Shown here: in pieces, positions 25,552 through 34,354 of the stretch
Layout: each line of letters opens with the position of its first letter
How positions within the stretch are numbered: position 1 is the stretch's first letter
Assembly (NCBI GenBank): GCA_017405765.1
Contig: JAFQZS010000001.1
Coordinates: 1,874 to 65,873 of the forward strand
Reading direction: 5' to 3'
Length of the DNA: 64,000 bases
Source: Clostridia bacterium
GTDB lineage: Bacteria; Bacillota; Clostridia; Oscillospirales; RGIG577
Program-made: the position numbers and the translations under genes
Notes under the pieces: generated by a model
What the model was told of the DNA's origin: nothing
Database searches by the model: none
The model's input: only the letters and a program-made list of their open reading frames with translations

Positions 25552-26595
25552 TTAATCCCTCGGGAACTGTATCATCATCTTGACCTTTTGCGACGTCGGC
25601 GAGTGCAGCTCCTCAAATACCTCGTTTAAACTTTCAAGGCTGCAGCCTCCTGAATAATGGCGCGATACGTCAAATTTCTTTTCGGCTATAAGCTTCATCA
25701 CCTCGTCGAATTCTTCGTTCGAATATCCCAGATATGCCTGAAGACGGGCGCGTTTAAACAGCGCTACTACATTATTAAAAGCTATCGGCTTTACCGACAC
25801 TCCTATCACTGCGATGCGCGCATACATTTTACTTGCCATCATCGCCGTGTTCAGCGGTTCGGCATGTCCCGTGCATTCAAGCACATAGTCAAATCCCTTG
25901 CCGCCGGAAGCCTTTAAAAGCTTTCCTAACAGCTCGGGGTCCTTGCCGTCGAACAACTCGTCAATATTGCCGTCCGCCAGGTTTTTCTTGCCGCGGAACT
26001 CATTGACCTCAACCATAGCGACGTAGTCCGCGCCGAAATATTTTGACCACTGAGCCGAGAAAGATCCTATAATACCGCCGCCGAATACCAAAACCTTATC
26101 TCCACGCTTTATGCCCATATCCTTTACTACGGAATACGGCGTTGCGCACGGCTCGACCATCGCGGCTTCTTCGTTTGTCATATTGTCCGGTATCTTTCTT
26201 ACGAGCGACGGATCGGCTGTGAAATACTCCGCATATGAGCCGGGCAGTCCGGCCGCCGAAAGGCCCATGCCCGATACTCTGTGCTCGCACTCCAAAAACC
26301 TGTGCTCAAGACATGCGGTGCACACGCCGCAGCCAACGCTTACAGGGATGGTCGTTACTCTGTCGCCCGGCCTTAGGTCGCTTCGCGCGCCGGGATCAAC
26401 CACTATTCCGGCGTGCTCGTGCCCCATAACGGTGCCCTTATACGTCGGCTGGTCGCCCATCTCCCAAACATGGATATCGCCGCCGCATATGCCCACCGTC
26501 TGCGTTTTTACAATAACGTTTCTCCCATCGGATTCGGGTTTGTTTACATCCCTGACTTCAATATTTTTTGCGTCCGTTACAACTGCCGCTTTCAT
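25552..26595 (-). CDS. Zinc-type MDR dehydrogenase paralog 7
   Basis: 347 aa. 'GICGGDIH', 'GHEHAG', 'CGVCTACLEHRFLEC', 'MVEP' and 'VFGGGIIGS'. Confidence 0.88.
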   Translation of the reverse strand: MKAAVVTDAKNIEVRDVNKPESDGRNVIVKTQTVGICGGDIHVWEMGDQPTYKGTVMGHEHAGIVVDPGARSDLRPGDRVTTIPVSVGCGVCTACLEHRFLECEHRVSGMGLSAAGLPGSYAEYFTADPSLVRKIPDNMTNEEAAMVEPCATPYSVVKDMGIKRGDKVLVFGGGIIGSFSAQWSKYFGADYVAMVEVNEFRGKKNLADGNIDELFDGKDPELLGKLLKASGGKGFDYVLECTGHAEPLNTAMMASKMYARIAVIGVSVKPIAFNNVVALFKRARLQAYLGYSNEEFDEVMKLIAEKKFDVSRHYSGGCSLESLNEVFEELHSPTSQKVKMMIQFPRD

Positions 26596-26621
26596 AATAT
26601 GGCTCCTCCCGTTTTTATTTT

Positions 26622-26650
26622 ATAATATCATACTTTGTGCTTTTAAACAA
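26622..26650 (-). promoter_or_regulatory. Putative sigma-A promoter of paralog 7
   Basis: On the minus strand: TTGTTT, 17 nt, TGaTATTAT. Confidence 0.4.
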
Positions 26651-26686
26651 CATAAAATAAAAACTCTTACATTATTATGCAAAAAA

Positions 26687-26712
26687 CAAAGGGCGCTTTT
26701 CGCGCCCCTTGT
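26687..26712 (-). terminator. Terminator after spo0A
   Basis: GC stem 'aagggcgc'/'gcgcccctt', followed on the minus strand by GTTTTTTGC. Confidence 0.6.
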
Positions 26713-26716
26713 TTCA

Positions 26717-27514
26717 TCATATTATTTTTATTCCGGCAGCTTTTCTGTCCATTTTTATCTTCAGTCTCAGCTTGTCCGCTATCATCGCTATAAACTCCGA
26801 GTTGGTCGGCTTGCCCTTTTCGTTTTGTATCGTATAGCCGAATATGCTGTCCAACGCGTCGATGTCGCCTCTGTCCCACGCCACCTCTATCGCATGGCGT
26901 ATTGCTCTTTCAACACGCGAGGGAGTCGTCTGAAACCGTTTGGCCACCGATGGATACAAAAGCTTTGTGATAGAGTTTATAACTTCCATATCCTCTACAG
27001 CCATCATTATGGCCTCTCTCATATATTGATACCCCTTTATATGCGCAGGGACGCCCAGCTCATGCATTATCTTTGTTATCTGTGCCTCGAGCGAAAGCTC
27101 CCCTTCATCGGAGAATATAAGCATTGCATCGCGCCTTTTCGTGCCTTTTGTGCCGAAACTTACGATCCTGTCCTCAAGCGCTCCGAAATCAAGAGGCTTG
27201 CGCATATAATAATCCGCGCCAAGCTCAATGGCTTCCTCCATCACTCTGTCGCTTCTTATTGCCGTTATGACAATGAATACAGGCCTTTTAGTCAATATTT
27301 CGGCATTTTTAAGGATCTGCAGTCCATCAAGCCCCGAGAGCACGATATCCATAAGCACCACATGCGGCGAAAGCTTTTCTACAGCGTCTATAACCTCCAC
27401 GCCATTGGAAGCCGTGCCTATTATCTCAACTTTCTCCTTCGATAAATTTTCCTTGAGCGCACTGATAAAATCAGGACTGTCGTCAGCGACGAATACTTTA
27501 ATTTTCTGCATCAT
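26717..27514 (-). CDS. spo0A: Sporulation master regulator Spo0A
   Basis: Receiver domain '[11 protein letters not shown]...[12 protein letters not shown]'. C-terminal Spo0A-specific '[16 protein letters not shown]...[15 protein letters not shown]...[15 protein letters not shown]'. The start is taken at the ATG at 27514, behind AAAGGA. Confidence 0.95.
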   Translation of the reverse strand: MMQKIKVFVADDSPDFISALKENLSKEKVEIIGTASNGVEVIDAVEKLSPHVVLMDIVLSGLDGLQILKNAEILTKRPVFIVITAIRSDRVMEEAIELGADYYMRKPLDFGALEDRIVSFGTKGTKRRDAMLIFSDEGELSLEAQITKIMHELGVPAHIKGYQYMREAIMMAVEDMEVINSITKLLYPSVAKRFQTTPSRVERAIRHAIEVAWDRGDIDALDSIFGYTIQNEKGKPTNSEFIAMIADKLRLKIKMDRKAAGIKII

Positions 27515-27563
27515 ATTTCTCTGTCCTTTCTTAAATTGTATCTTTATTTTCGGCCGCAACAGT

Positions 27564-27592
27564 ATATTACCATATATTTACAACAATTTCAA
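27564..27592 (-). promoter_or_regulatory. Putative promoter of spo0A
   Basis: On the minus strand: TTGAAA, 17 nt, TGgTAATAT. I did not evaluate a sigma-H alternative. Confidence 0.4.
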
Positions 27593-27635
27593 GTGTTAAT
27601 TTACAGAAAATGTAAATATTTTGGTAGTTTTACGC

Positions 27636-28715
27636 TCAGGCTGCGTATGCCGAATTTGAAAACGATTCTTTATCCGCCAGCATGTTCTCTATTGATATGG
27701 CATATCCGCGCGTCGGGTCGTGAACGAGAACATGAGTTACGGCGCCGACAAGCTTTCCGTTCTGTATTATGGGGCTTCCGCTCATCCCCTGTATTATGCC
27801 TCCGGTCGCATTTAGAAGCCTTTTATCAACTATTCTTATAAGCATATTCTTAGAATTGTTTGTTCTCGAATTGTACACCTTTTCAATCTCGATTTCAAAC
27901 TTTTCGACATTATCCGACAGAATATTCGATAAAATTTCGGCTTTGCCGACAGTTATCTCATCATTTTGCGCTGTTTTAAACGATTCAAGCTTTAAAAGCG
28001 GCGAATCAGGCGCTACTTTTCCGTATACGCCGTTTTCAGTATTCAGATATACGTCTCCTGTTTTTTCGCCGTCTTCCAAAAACATACCTGTGATCTCTCC
28101 GGGCTCATCCTTATATCCCTTAATAATGCCGGTTATAATAACATTGGAAGCATCTCCCCTTGCCATATCGAAAAGCCTTCCTGTATTCGGATCCTGTATC
28201 CCGTGTCCGAGGCCGCCGAACGCGCCTGTAAGCGGATTGAGATACGTAAGCGTTCCTATTCCCGCTTCGCTGTCGCGTATTGTCAGCCCCAGCTTATACT
28301 TGCCGCTTTCCCGCGAGAGCGCCGGAAGTATAGACGCAGTTTTTTCCACGTTCCCGCGCATAAAGCCTATTTTCAGTTCCTCTCCCGTACACTCCTCCAT
28401 AAAAGCGATAACATCGTCGATACCGCCGATACTTACGCCGTTAATAGAGGTGATTATATCGCCCGGCTTTATTCCGGCGTCTTTAGCCGGTTTTTCCCTT
28501 TTTTTGTCTGTTTCAACTTCATTTATTCCGACTACGGCCGCACCTTGGCAAAAAAGGCGAATCCCCGACGCTATTCCAAGAGGTATAAGCTCTTTCGCAG
28601 GTTCCATATCTGCCGAGACCTCGATATAATTCTCATGCGCGCCGCTGTAAAGTGCAAATAAACCCGCTGTAAGCGCACATGCCGCAAAAAGACATATTAT
28701 TCTTTTTCTTAGCAT
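27636..28715 (-). CDS. spoIVB: SpoIVB peptidase (S55), stage IV sporulation signalling protease
   Basis: N-terminal TM helix, PDZ region 'AGIKPGDIITSINGVSI', 'GIGTLTYLNP..GAFGGLGHGI' and catalytic 'GMSGSPIIQNGKLVGAVTHV'. Confidence 0.9.
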   Translation of the reverse strand: MLRKRIICLFAACALTAGLFALYSGAHENYIEVSADMEPAKELIPLGIASGIRLFCQGAAVVGINEVETDKKREKPAKDAGIKPGDIITSINGVSIGGIDDVIAFMEECTGEELKIGFMRGNVEKTASILPALSRESGKYKLGLTIRDSEAGIGTLTYLNPLTGAFGGLGHGIQDPNTGRLFDMARGDASNVIITGIIKGYKDEPGEITGMFLEDGEKTGDVYLNTENGVYGKVAPDSPLLKLESFKTAQNDEITVGKAEILSNILSDNVEKFEIEIEKVYNSRTNNSKNMLIRIVDKRLLNATGGIIQGMSGSPIIQNGKLVGAVTHVLVHDPTRGYAISIENMLADKESFSNSAYAA

Positions 28716-28835
28716 TATCTACCCCTATTCCTGATTTTTTGTACGCGCAGTTCTTGTCGCGTACATATTGTATTTTCACCTTTAAGTAGATAAACAAACG
28801 TGGGAATAACTTAAGCGACGTTTACATAAATAAAA

Positions 28836-28856
28836 AGTGCGCTGTTTACGCGCACA
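28836..28856 (-). terminator. Terminator after pfkA
   Basis: Stem 'gtgcgc'/'gcgcac', followed on the minus strand by TTTTTATTTAT. Confidence 0.5.
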
Positions 28857-28883
28857 TTTTATTTATATTAGGCAATTTTTAAA

Positions 28884-29879
28884 TCATAATGATACCTCTA
28901 TAGACGTTTCATAAAAATCATGGCTTACCTCTTTTTTCATTTGAAGACCCTCCTCCAAAGAATAATCGCATATGAGTCCGCCGCTTACGGCCACGATCCT
29001 GCCGTGCTTTCCTTCTGTCAAAAGCTTCACTGCGCGCACTCCCATCTGAGTCGCGCGTATCCTGTCAAGCGCCGACGGCACTCCTCCGCGCTGGATATGA
29101 CCGAGGATGGTCACTCTGAGATCAACGTCTGTAAGCGCGCGTAAGACCTCCGCTATGCGTGCGGCGCCGCCGTCGATGCCCTCGGCCACTATTATTATAT
29201 TATGGCTCTTTCCCGACGCTTTGGCGCTTTTTAACATCTCCACGACGTCGCGCATTATATCGTACTTTTTTTCGGGGATCATAACTATCGCCGCGCCCGC
29301 AGCTATGCCACACGAAAGGGCAAGCTGGCCGCTCGTGTGCCCCATCACCTCGACTACGCTCGTGCGTTCGTGCGATGTGGTCGTGTCTCTTAATCTGTCC
29401 ACGGCCTCGACCGCCGTATTCAGCGCGCTGTCAAAGCCTATCGAATATTCGCTGCAGCCAACGTCGTTGTCTATCGTCGCCGGTATGCAGACGACTTTTA
29501 CGCCCTCGCGGGAAAGCTTCTCGGCGCCCCGAAACGACCCGTCACCGCCTATTATCAAAACGGCGTCAAGCCCAAGCGCCCTTACATTCGCGGCCGCTTT
29601 TTTTACGCCCTCCGGCGTCATAAGCTCTTTGCATCTCGCCGTTTTTAATATAGTCCCGCCTCTGTTTATGATATTCGACACGGATTTAAAATCGAGCCTC
29701 ACGGCGTCTCCCTCGACGAGGCCGTTATATCCGCGCTGCACACCGTAAACGTCCATGCCGTTCTTTATCGCCGTGCGGCACGCCGCGCGTATTGCCGCAT
29801 TCATGCCGGGCGCGTCGCCGCCTGAAGTAAGTATGCCTATCGTCCTTACGACGCCGTTACTTTCATACATAGATACCAT
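28884..29879 (-). CDS. pfkA: ATP-dependent 6-phosphofructokinase
   Basis: 'IGILTSGGDAPGMNAAIRA', 'IGGDGS', 'IPATIDND' and 'LGHIQRGG'. Confidence 0.92.
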   Translation of the reverse strand: MVSMYESNGVVRTIGILTSGGDAPGMNAAIRAACRTAIKNGMDVYGVQRGYNGLVEGDAVRLDFKSVSNIINRGGTILKTARCKELMTPEGVKKAAANVRALGLDAVLIIGGDGSFRGAEKLSREGVKVVCIPATIDNDVGCSEYSIGFDSALNTAVEAVDRLRDTTTSHERTSVVEVMGHTSGQLALSCGIAAGAAIVMIPEKKYDIMRDVVEMLKSAKASGKSHNIIIVAEGIDGGAARIAEVLRALTDVDLRVTILGHIQRGGVPSALDRIRATQMGVRAVKLLTEGKHGRIVAVSGGLICDYSLEEGLQMKKEVSHDFYETSIEVSL

Positions 29880-29931
29880 CCCAATTTATATTCTTGTCAT
29901 GCCGTTCTGCCGGAAGTTTTTTGACACGCTG

Positions 29932-32900
29932 TTATTTTATTTTTACGTGTTCTTTCGGCAGTATCCCACAGAGCTCCTCTATAAGCTCGTTGGTTATCTC
30001 TACCCAAAGGTCGCTTCTCAGCGCGAAAAGCTTTCCTACGTCTTCAAAATAAATAAGTACCTTGGAGTTCCCCGGATGCTCTTTAAGGATTTTGCGTGTT
30101 TTTATCATTTCAAAGCTTCGCTCTGACGGAAGCTTTATATAGAGCTTTGACGCGGCCGCTTCTTTCGGCGCGCTCACGTTCTCAATCGGATCGACGCTGT
30201 CAGCTATAAGCGTAGGCGTCGGCGCTCCCTCGGAAGCGGCGTCGCGCACGCCGCTTTTTGCAAATCTGCCGTCGCTTTCGCGAAACTGCACCTTTGCCCT
30301 CATATATATTACCCTTCCGGGCTTTAAAATATGGCTGCACGTTTCATACAGATTGGGAAATATCACGGCCTCCGCCGATCCGTATTGGTCCTCCAGCTCT
30401 AAAAAGGCCATCATTTTATCGTTTCGCGTCGTTTTGTTCTTGCGCGTACTGATAACGCCTATGACCTTAACGCTGTCTCCGTCTCTGAGCTTTGCGCCGT
30501 GTTCCGAAGCTGCGCTTATTATATCGCCTATAGTTATTGCTCCAAGTGTGCGCACGAGCGGCTCGTATTCATTCATAGGATGACTTGAAAGATAAAGGCC
30601 CGTGACCTCTTTTTCCATTTCAAGGCGCTTCATAAGCGGCAGCTCCTCCACGTCGGGAAGCTCGACCTCATCTTTCTTCTTTTCCTGCCCTTCCGAAAGA
30701 ATGTCAAACATGCTTAGCTGTCCGCTCACTGTTGAAGCGTTTTTTCTCGCCGTATCGTCCATAAGCTGTTCAAACACCAAAAGAAGCTGTGCCCGCTTTA
30801 GCCCCAGGCTGTCGAATGCGCCGCATTTTATAAGGCTTTCAACGGCGCGCTTATTTATCTCGCGCCCGCTCATACGCTCGCAAAAATCGGAAAAAGTAGT
30901 GAAAACGCCGTTTTTTTCGCGTTCGTTTATAAGTGTGTCTATCAGCGACACGCCTATATTTTTAACAGCAACCAGGCCGAATCGCACGTTATCGCCGTCT
31001 ATGGAAAATCCCGACTGGCTCTTGTTTATATCCGGCGGAAGCACGGCAACACCCAGTCTCTTTGCCTCAGCGGTATATTGGCTCACCTTGTCGCTGCTTT
31101 GCAGGGATGCGGTAAGCAGCGCCGCCATAAATTCCTTTGTATGGTGGCATTTAAGATATGCCGTCTGATAAGCTATAAAAGCGTATGCCGCCGCGTGAGA
31201 CTTGTTAAAGGCATACGACGCGAAATCCATAAGCTCGTCAAATATGGATATGGCGGCGTCCTTTGGCACTCCCCGCCTTATCGCGCCTTCCACGACTGTT
31301 TTCCCGTTTTCATCTACTACGCCGTTTAAAAAAGCATCGCGCTCTTTGGCCATTACGTCAGCCTTTTTTTTACTCATCGCGCGGCGCACCATGTCGGCGC
31401 GTCCCAGTGAATATCCGCCGAGCTTTCTTACTATCTGCATTACCTGCTCCTGATATACAACGCAGCCGTAAGTCACGTCGAGAATATCGCGGAGGCTCTC
31501 ATGCTTATATCTCACCTTTGAAGGATCGTTTTTCCATTCGATATAGCGCGGTATGGATTCCATGGGGCCGGGGCGGTAAAGCGAAATAACGGCTATGATA
31601 TCCTCGATGCTTTTGGGTTTTAATCCCTTTAAGACCTGCTTCATGCCGCCGCTCTCAAGCTGAAATACGCCGTCGGTATTGGCGCTCGTAATAAAATCGT
31701 ATACGGCTTTGTCGTCATAATCTATTTTATCCAAATCAAAATCGGGATCGCTTTCCCTTATCATTTTAACGGCGTCGTAAATAATTGTAAGCGTGCGAAG
31801 ACCGAGAAAGTCCATTTTTAAAAGTCCCAGGTTCTCTATGGTCTTCATCGGGAACTGTGTGACCACCGATTCGTCGTTCAATGCGAGCGGCACGAATTCG
31901 TCAAGCGGGCTGCTTGCTATAACTATGCCTGCCGCGTGAGTCGAAGCGTGACGAGGCATGCCCTCAAGACGGCGCGACATATCTATTATACGCTTCACAT
32001 TTATATCGTTCTTATACCTTTCTGCAAGCTCCGGCGACTTTACAAGCGCCTTTTCTATCGTTATGCCGAGGTCTGTGGGTACAAGCTTCGCCACGGCGTC
32101 CGTTTCGGCATATGATATATTGAGCGCGCGTCCCACGTCTCTTATCGCCGCCCTGGCCGCCATCGTACCAAATGTTATTATCTGCGCAACGTGATCTGCG
32201 CCGTATTTATGCACCACATAATCTATTACCCGCTGTCTCTTTTCATAACAGAAGTCTATATCTATATCAGGCATCGTTATTCTTTCGGGATTTAAAAATC
32301 GCTCGAAAAGCAGGTTATATTTTATAGGATCTATCGATGTTATATAAAGGCAGTAAGACACTATACTGCCCGCTGCGCTGCCTCTTCCCGGGCCTACGGG
32401 AATATCGTTTTCGCGCGCGAAGCGCACGAAGTCGTGCACTATTAAAAAATAGTCGACGAATCCCATGCTTTTTATCGTCGAAAGCTCATATTCCAAACGC
32501 TCGGCGTGCGTATTATCGTCTCCGTACCTCTTTTTAAGCCCGTCGTAACACAGCTCTTTAAGCGTGATATAATTTATCTCTTCGTTTCCGTCTCCGAATT
32601 TGGGCAGATGTCTTTTGGAAAAGTCAAATTCCACATTGCACATATCGGCGATCTTTTTTGTATTTTCTATCGCCTCGGGCGCATATGAAAAAAGCTCGGC
32701 CATTTCCTCAGAGCTTTTTACATAAAACTCATTGTTGTCAAAGCCCATTTTCCCCGGGTCGTCAACAGTTTTGCCCATTTGTATGCACATCAGCACATTA
32801 TGCGCTTCAAAGTCCCGTGCCGATATATAATGAGCGTCATTTGTGGCTACGAGCGGTATGCCCGTCTCGCGCGACATACGCAAAAGCGCCTCGTTTACCG

Positions 32901-33453
32901 TCTTTTGCTCCTCGATACGGTGATCCTGCATCTCCAAAAAGAAGTTGCCGCTTCCGAATATTTCATTATAAGTTAGCGCCGCAGCCTTTGCCGCCTCGTA
33001 ATCTCCCGCCGTTATCGTGCGCGCTATTTTTCCCGCAAGGCAGGCCGAGAGAGCCACGATACCCTCGCTGTGGGCGCGAAGCAACTCCTCATCGGCGCGC
33101 GGCCTGCGGTAAAACCCTTCCGTATATGCTGCAGAAACGATCTTTATAAGGTTTTTATAGCCCGTTTCGTTTTTCGCAAGCAGTATAAAATGATAATTCT
33201 CCGAATCATATTCGCTCATTTTATCAAAACGGGTCCTCTTCGCAAGATAGACCTCGCAGCCTATTATAGGCTTTATGCCCTCGGCCTTGGCCGCGTTATA
33301 AAAATCTATAACGCCGTACATATTTCCGTGATCCGTTATAGCAACGGCGGACTGCCCAAGCGCCTTTACGCGCTTCATAAGCTCGCCGATCTTGCACGCG
33401 CCGTCAAGCAGGCTGTATTCGGTATGAAGATGCAGATGTACAAAATCAGTCAT
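29932..33453 (-). CDS. dnaE: DNA polymerase III alpha subunit
   Basis: PHP N-terminus 'FVHLHLHTEYSLLDG', 'GPGRGSAAGS' and an OB fold near the C-terminus. The start is taken at the ATG at 33453, behind GAGGTGG. Confidence 0.95.
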   Translation of the reverse strand: MTDFVHLHLHTEYSLLDGACKIGELMKRVKALGQSAVAITDHGNMYGVIDFYNAAKAEGIKPIIGCEVYLAKRTRFDKMSEYDSENYHFILLAKNETGYKNLIKIVSAAYTEGFYRRPRADEELLRAHSEGIVALSACLAGKIARTITAGDYEAAKAAALTYNEIFGSGNFFLEMQDHRIEEQKTVNEALLRMSRETGIPLVATNDAHYISARDFEAHNVLMCIQMGKTVDDPGKMGFDNNEFYVKSSEEMAELFSYAPEAIENTKKIADMCNVEFDFSKRHLPKFGDGNEEINYITLKELCYDGLKKRYGDDNTHAERLEYELSTIKSMGFVDYFLIVHDFVRFARENDIPVGPGRGSAAGSIVSYCLYITSIDPIKYNLLFERFLNPERITMPDIDIDFCYEKRQRVIDYVVHKYGADHVAQIITFGTMAARAAIRDVGRALNISYAETDAVAKLVPTDLGITIEKALVKSPELAERYKNDINVKRIIDMSRRLEGMPRHASTHAAGIVIASSPLDEFVPLALNDESVVTQFPMKTIENLGLLKMDFLGLRTLTIIYDAVKMIRESDPDFDLDKIDYDDKAVYDFITSANTDGVFQLESGGMKQVLKGLKPKSIEDIIAVISLYRPGPMESIPRYIEWKNDPSKVRYKHESLRDILDVTYGCVVYQEQVMQIVRKLGGYSLGRADMVRRAMSKKKADVMAKERDAFLNGVVDENGKTVVEGAIRRGVPKDAAISIFDELMDFASYAFNKSHAAAYAFIAYQTAYLKCHHTKEFMAALLTASLQSSDKVSQYTAEAKRLGVAVLPPDINKSQSGFSIDGDNVRFGLVAVKNIGVSLIDTLINEREKNGVFTTFSDFCERMSGREINKRAVESLIKCGAFDSLGLKRAQLLLVFEQLMDDTARKNASTVSGQLSMFDILSEGQEKKKDEVELPDVEELPLMKRLEMEKEVTGLYLSSHPMNEYEPLVRTLGAITIGDIISAASEHGAKLRDGDSVKVIGVISTRKNKTTRNDKMMAFLELEDQYGSAEAVIFPNLYETCSHILKPGRVIYMRAKVQFRESDGRFAKSGVRDAASEGAPTPTLIADSVDPIENVSAPKEAAASKLYIKLPSERSFEMIKTRKILKEHPGNSKVLIYFEDVGKLFALRSDLWVEITNELIEELCGILPKEHVKIK

Positions 33454-33463
33454 TGATACCACC

Positions 33464-34354
33464 TCACGATCTGGAAAGCTCAACTAGTTTTTTAAGCCGG
33501 TGATTTACTCCGCTTCGTGAAAGCGGAGGGCTTAAACGTTCGCCAAGCTGTGCAAGCGACATGTCCGGATTTTCAAGCCTCAGTTCAGCCAGCTCCTTAA
33601 GATGCGCCGGCAAAAACTCAAATCCTTTTTCGCGCTTTATCTTTTCTATCGCCTCTATCTGTTCGGCCGAAGCAGAAGCCGTTTTTAAAAGATTTGCCGT
33701 TTCAAAATTAACTCGGCGGTTTATGTTGTTGCGCACTTCCTTTATGACCTTCGCTTCCATAAGGCGAAGCGACGCCGATGATGCGCCCAGCATATTTAAA
33801 AATGCAAATACTTCATCGGCGTTTTTCATATAAGCGCGCGTTTTTTTGCCCCTTTGCGGCGCCGTTTTAAGCTCTGCTCCAAGCGAGGCCGAAACCTGCG
33901 TAATAAGTAAGCACAGCTTTTCGTCGGGCGCGTCTATCTCAAGATGATACGATGACTCCGGCTCCGACACGTATCCGGCCGCGCAAAAAGCCCCTCTTAA
34001 AAAAGCTGCCCTGTCGCATTTTTTTATAAGCGCGCCCTCTTCCAAAGAAAGCGGCATAGAATGAGCCGCTTCATAAAGATGTAAGACAGTGCTGCCCGTA
34101 AGTTCGATTTTATAAAGAATGCGCCCCGCGCGCGAAAACTCGGCAATATCCGATACTTCGATCCCCACAAGCTTGCGAAGAGAAGCCACAGTTCTGTCGA
34201 GAAATTCCTTGCAATCGGACGAAAGCACGATTCTTTCCTCTGTAAAAACCTGCGAAAAAAGCAGCACCCCCGTAAGGAACGCATCGGCGCAGCACGGCTT
34301 TTTAGTATATTTGAAGTTGCAAAGCTCGTCCTTAACCTTTGTTGAAAAGCTCAT
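33464..34354 (-). CDS. whiA: DNA-binding protein WhiA
   Basis: 'MSFSTKVKDELC', LAGLIDADG-like core 'AAFLRGAFCAAGYVSEPESSYHLEI' and C-terminal HTH 'LSLAQLGERLSPPLSRSGVNHRLKKL'. Strong RBS GGAGGAG before the ATG at 34354. Confidence 0.9.
   Translation of the reverse strand: MSFSTKVKDELCNFKYTKKPCCADAFLTGVLLFSQVFTEERIVLSSDCKEFLDRTVASLRKLVGIEVSDIAEFSRAGRILYKIELTGSTVLHLYEAAHSMPLSLEEGALIKKCDRAAFLRGAFCAAGYVSEPESSYHLEIDAPDEKLCLLITQVSASLGAELKTAPQRGKKTRAYMKNADEVFAFLNMLGASSASLRLMEAKVIKEVRNNINRRVNFETANLLKTASASAEQIEAIEKIKREKGFEFLPAHLKELAELRLENPDMSLAQLGERLSPPLSRSGVNHRLKKLVELSRS

Noticed and set aside
26111-27445. A 444-aa plus-strand ORF, the longest unassigned ORF in the track.
   Set aside because: It runs antisense across paralog 7, the intergenic terminator and most of spo0A. 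It has low-complexity composition and no RBS or motif. It is an artefact of stop-poor antisense frames.
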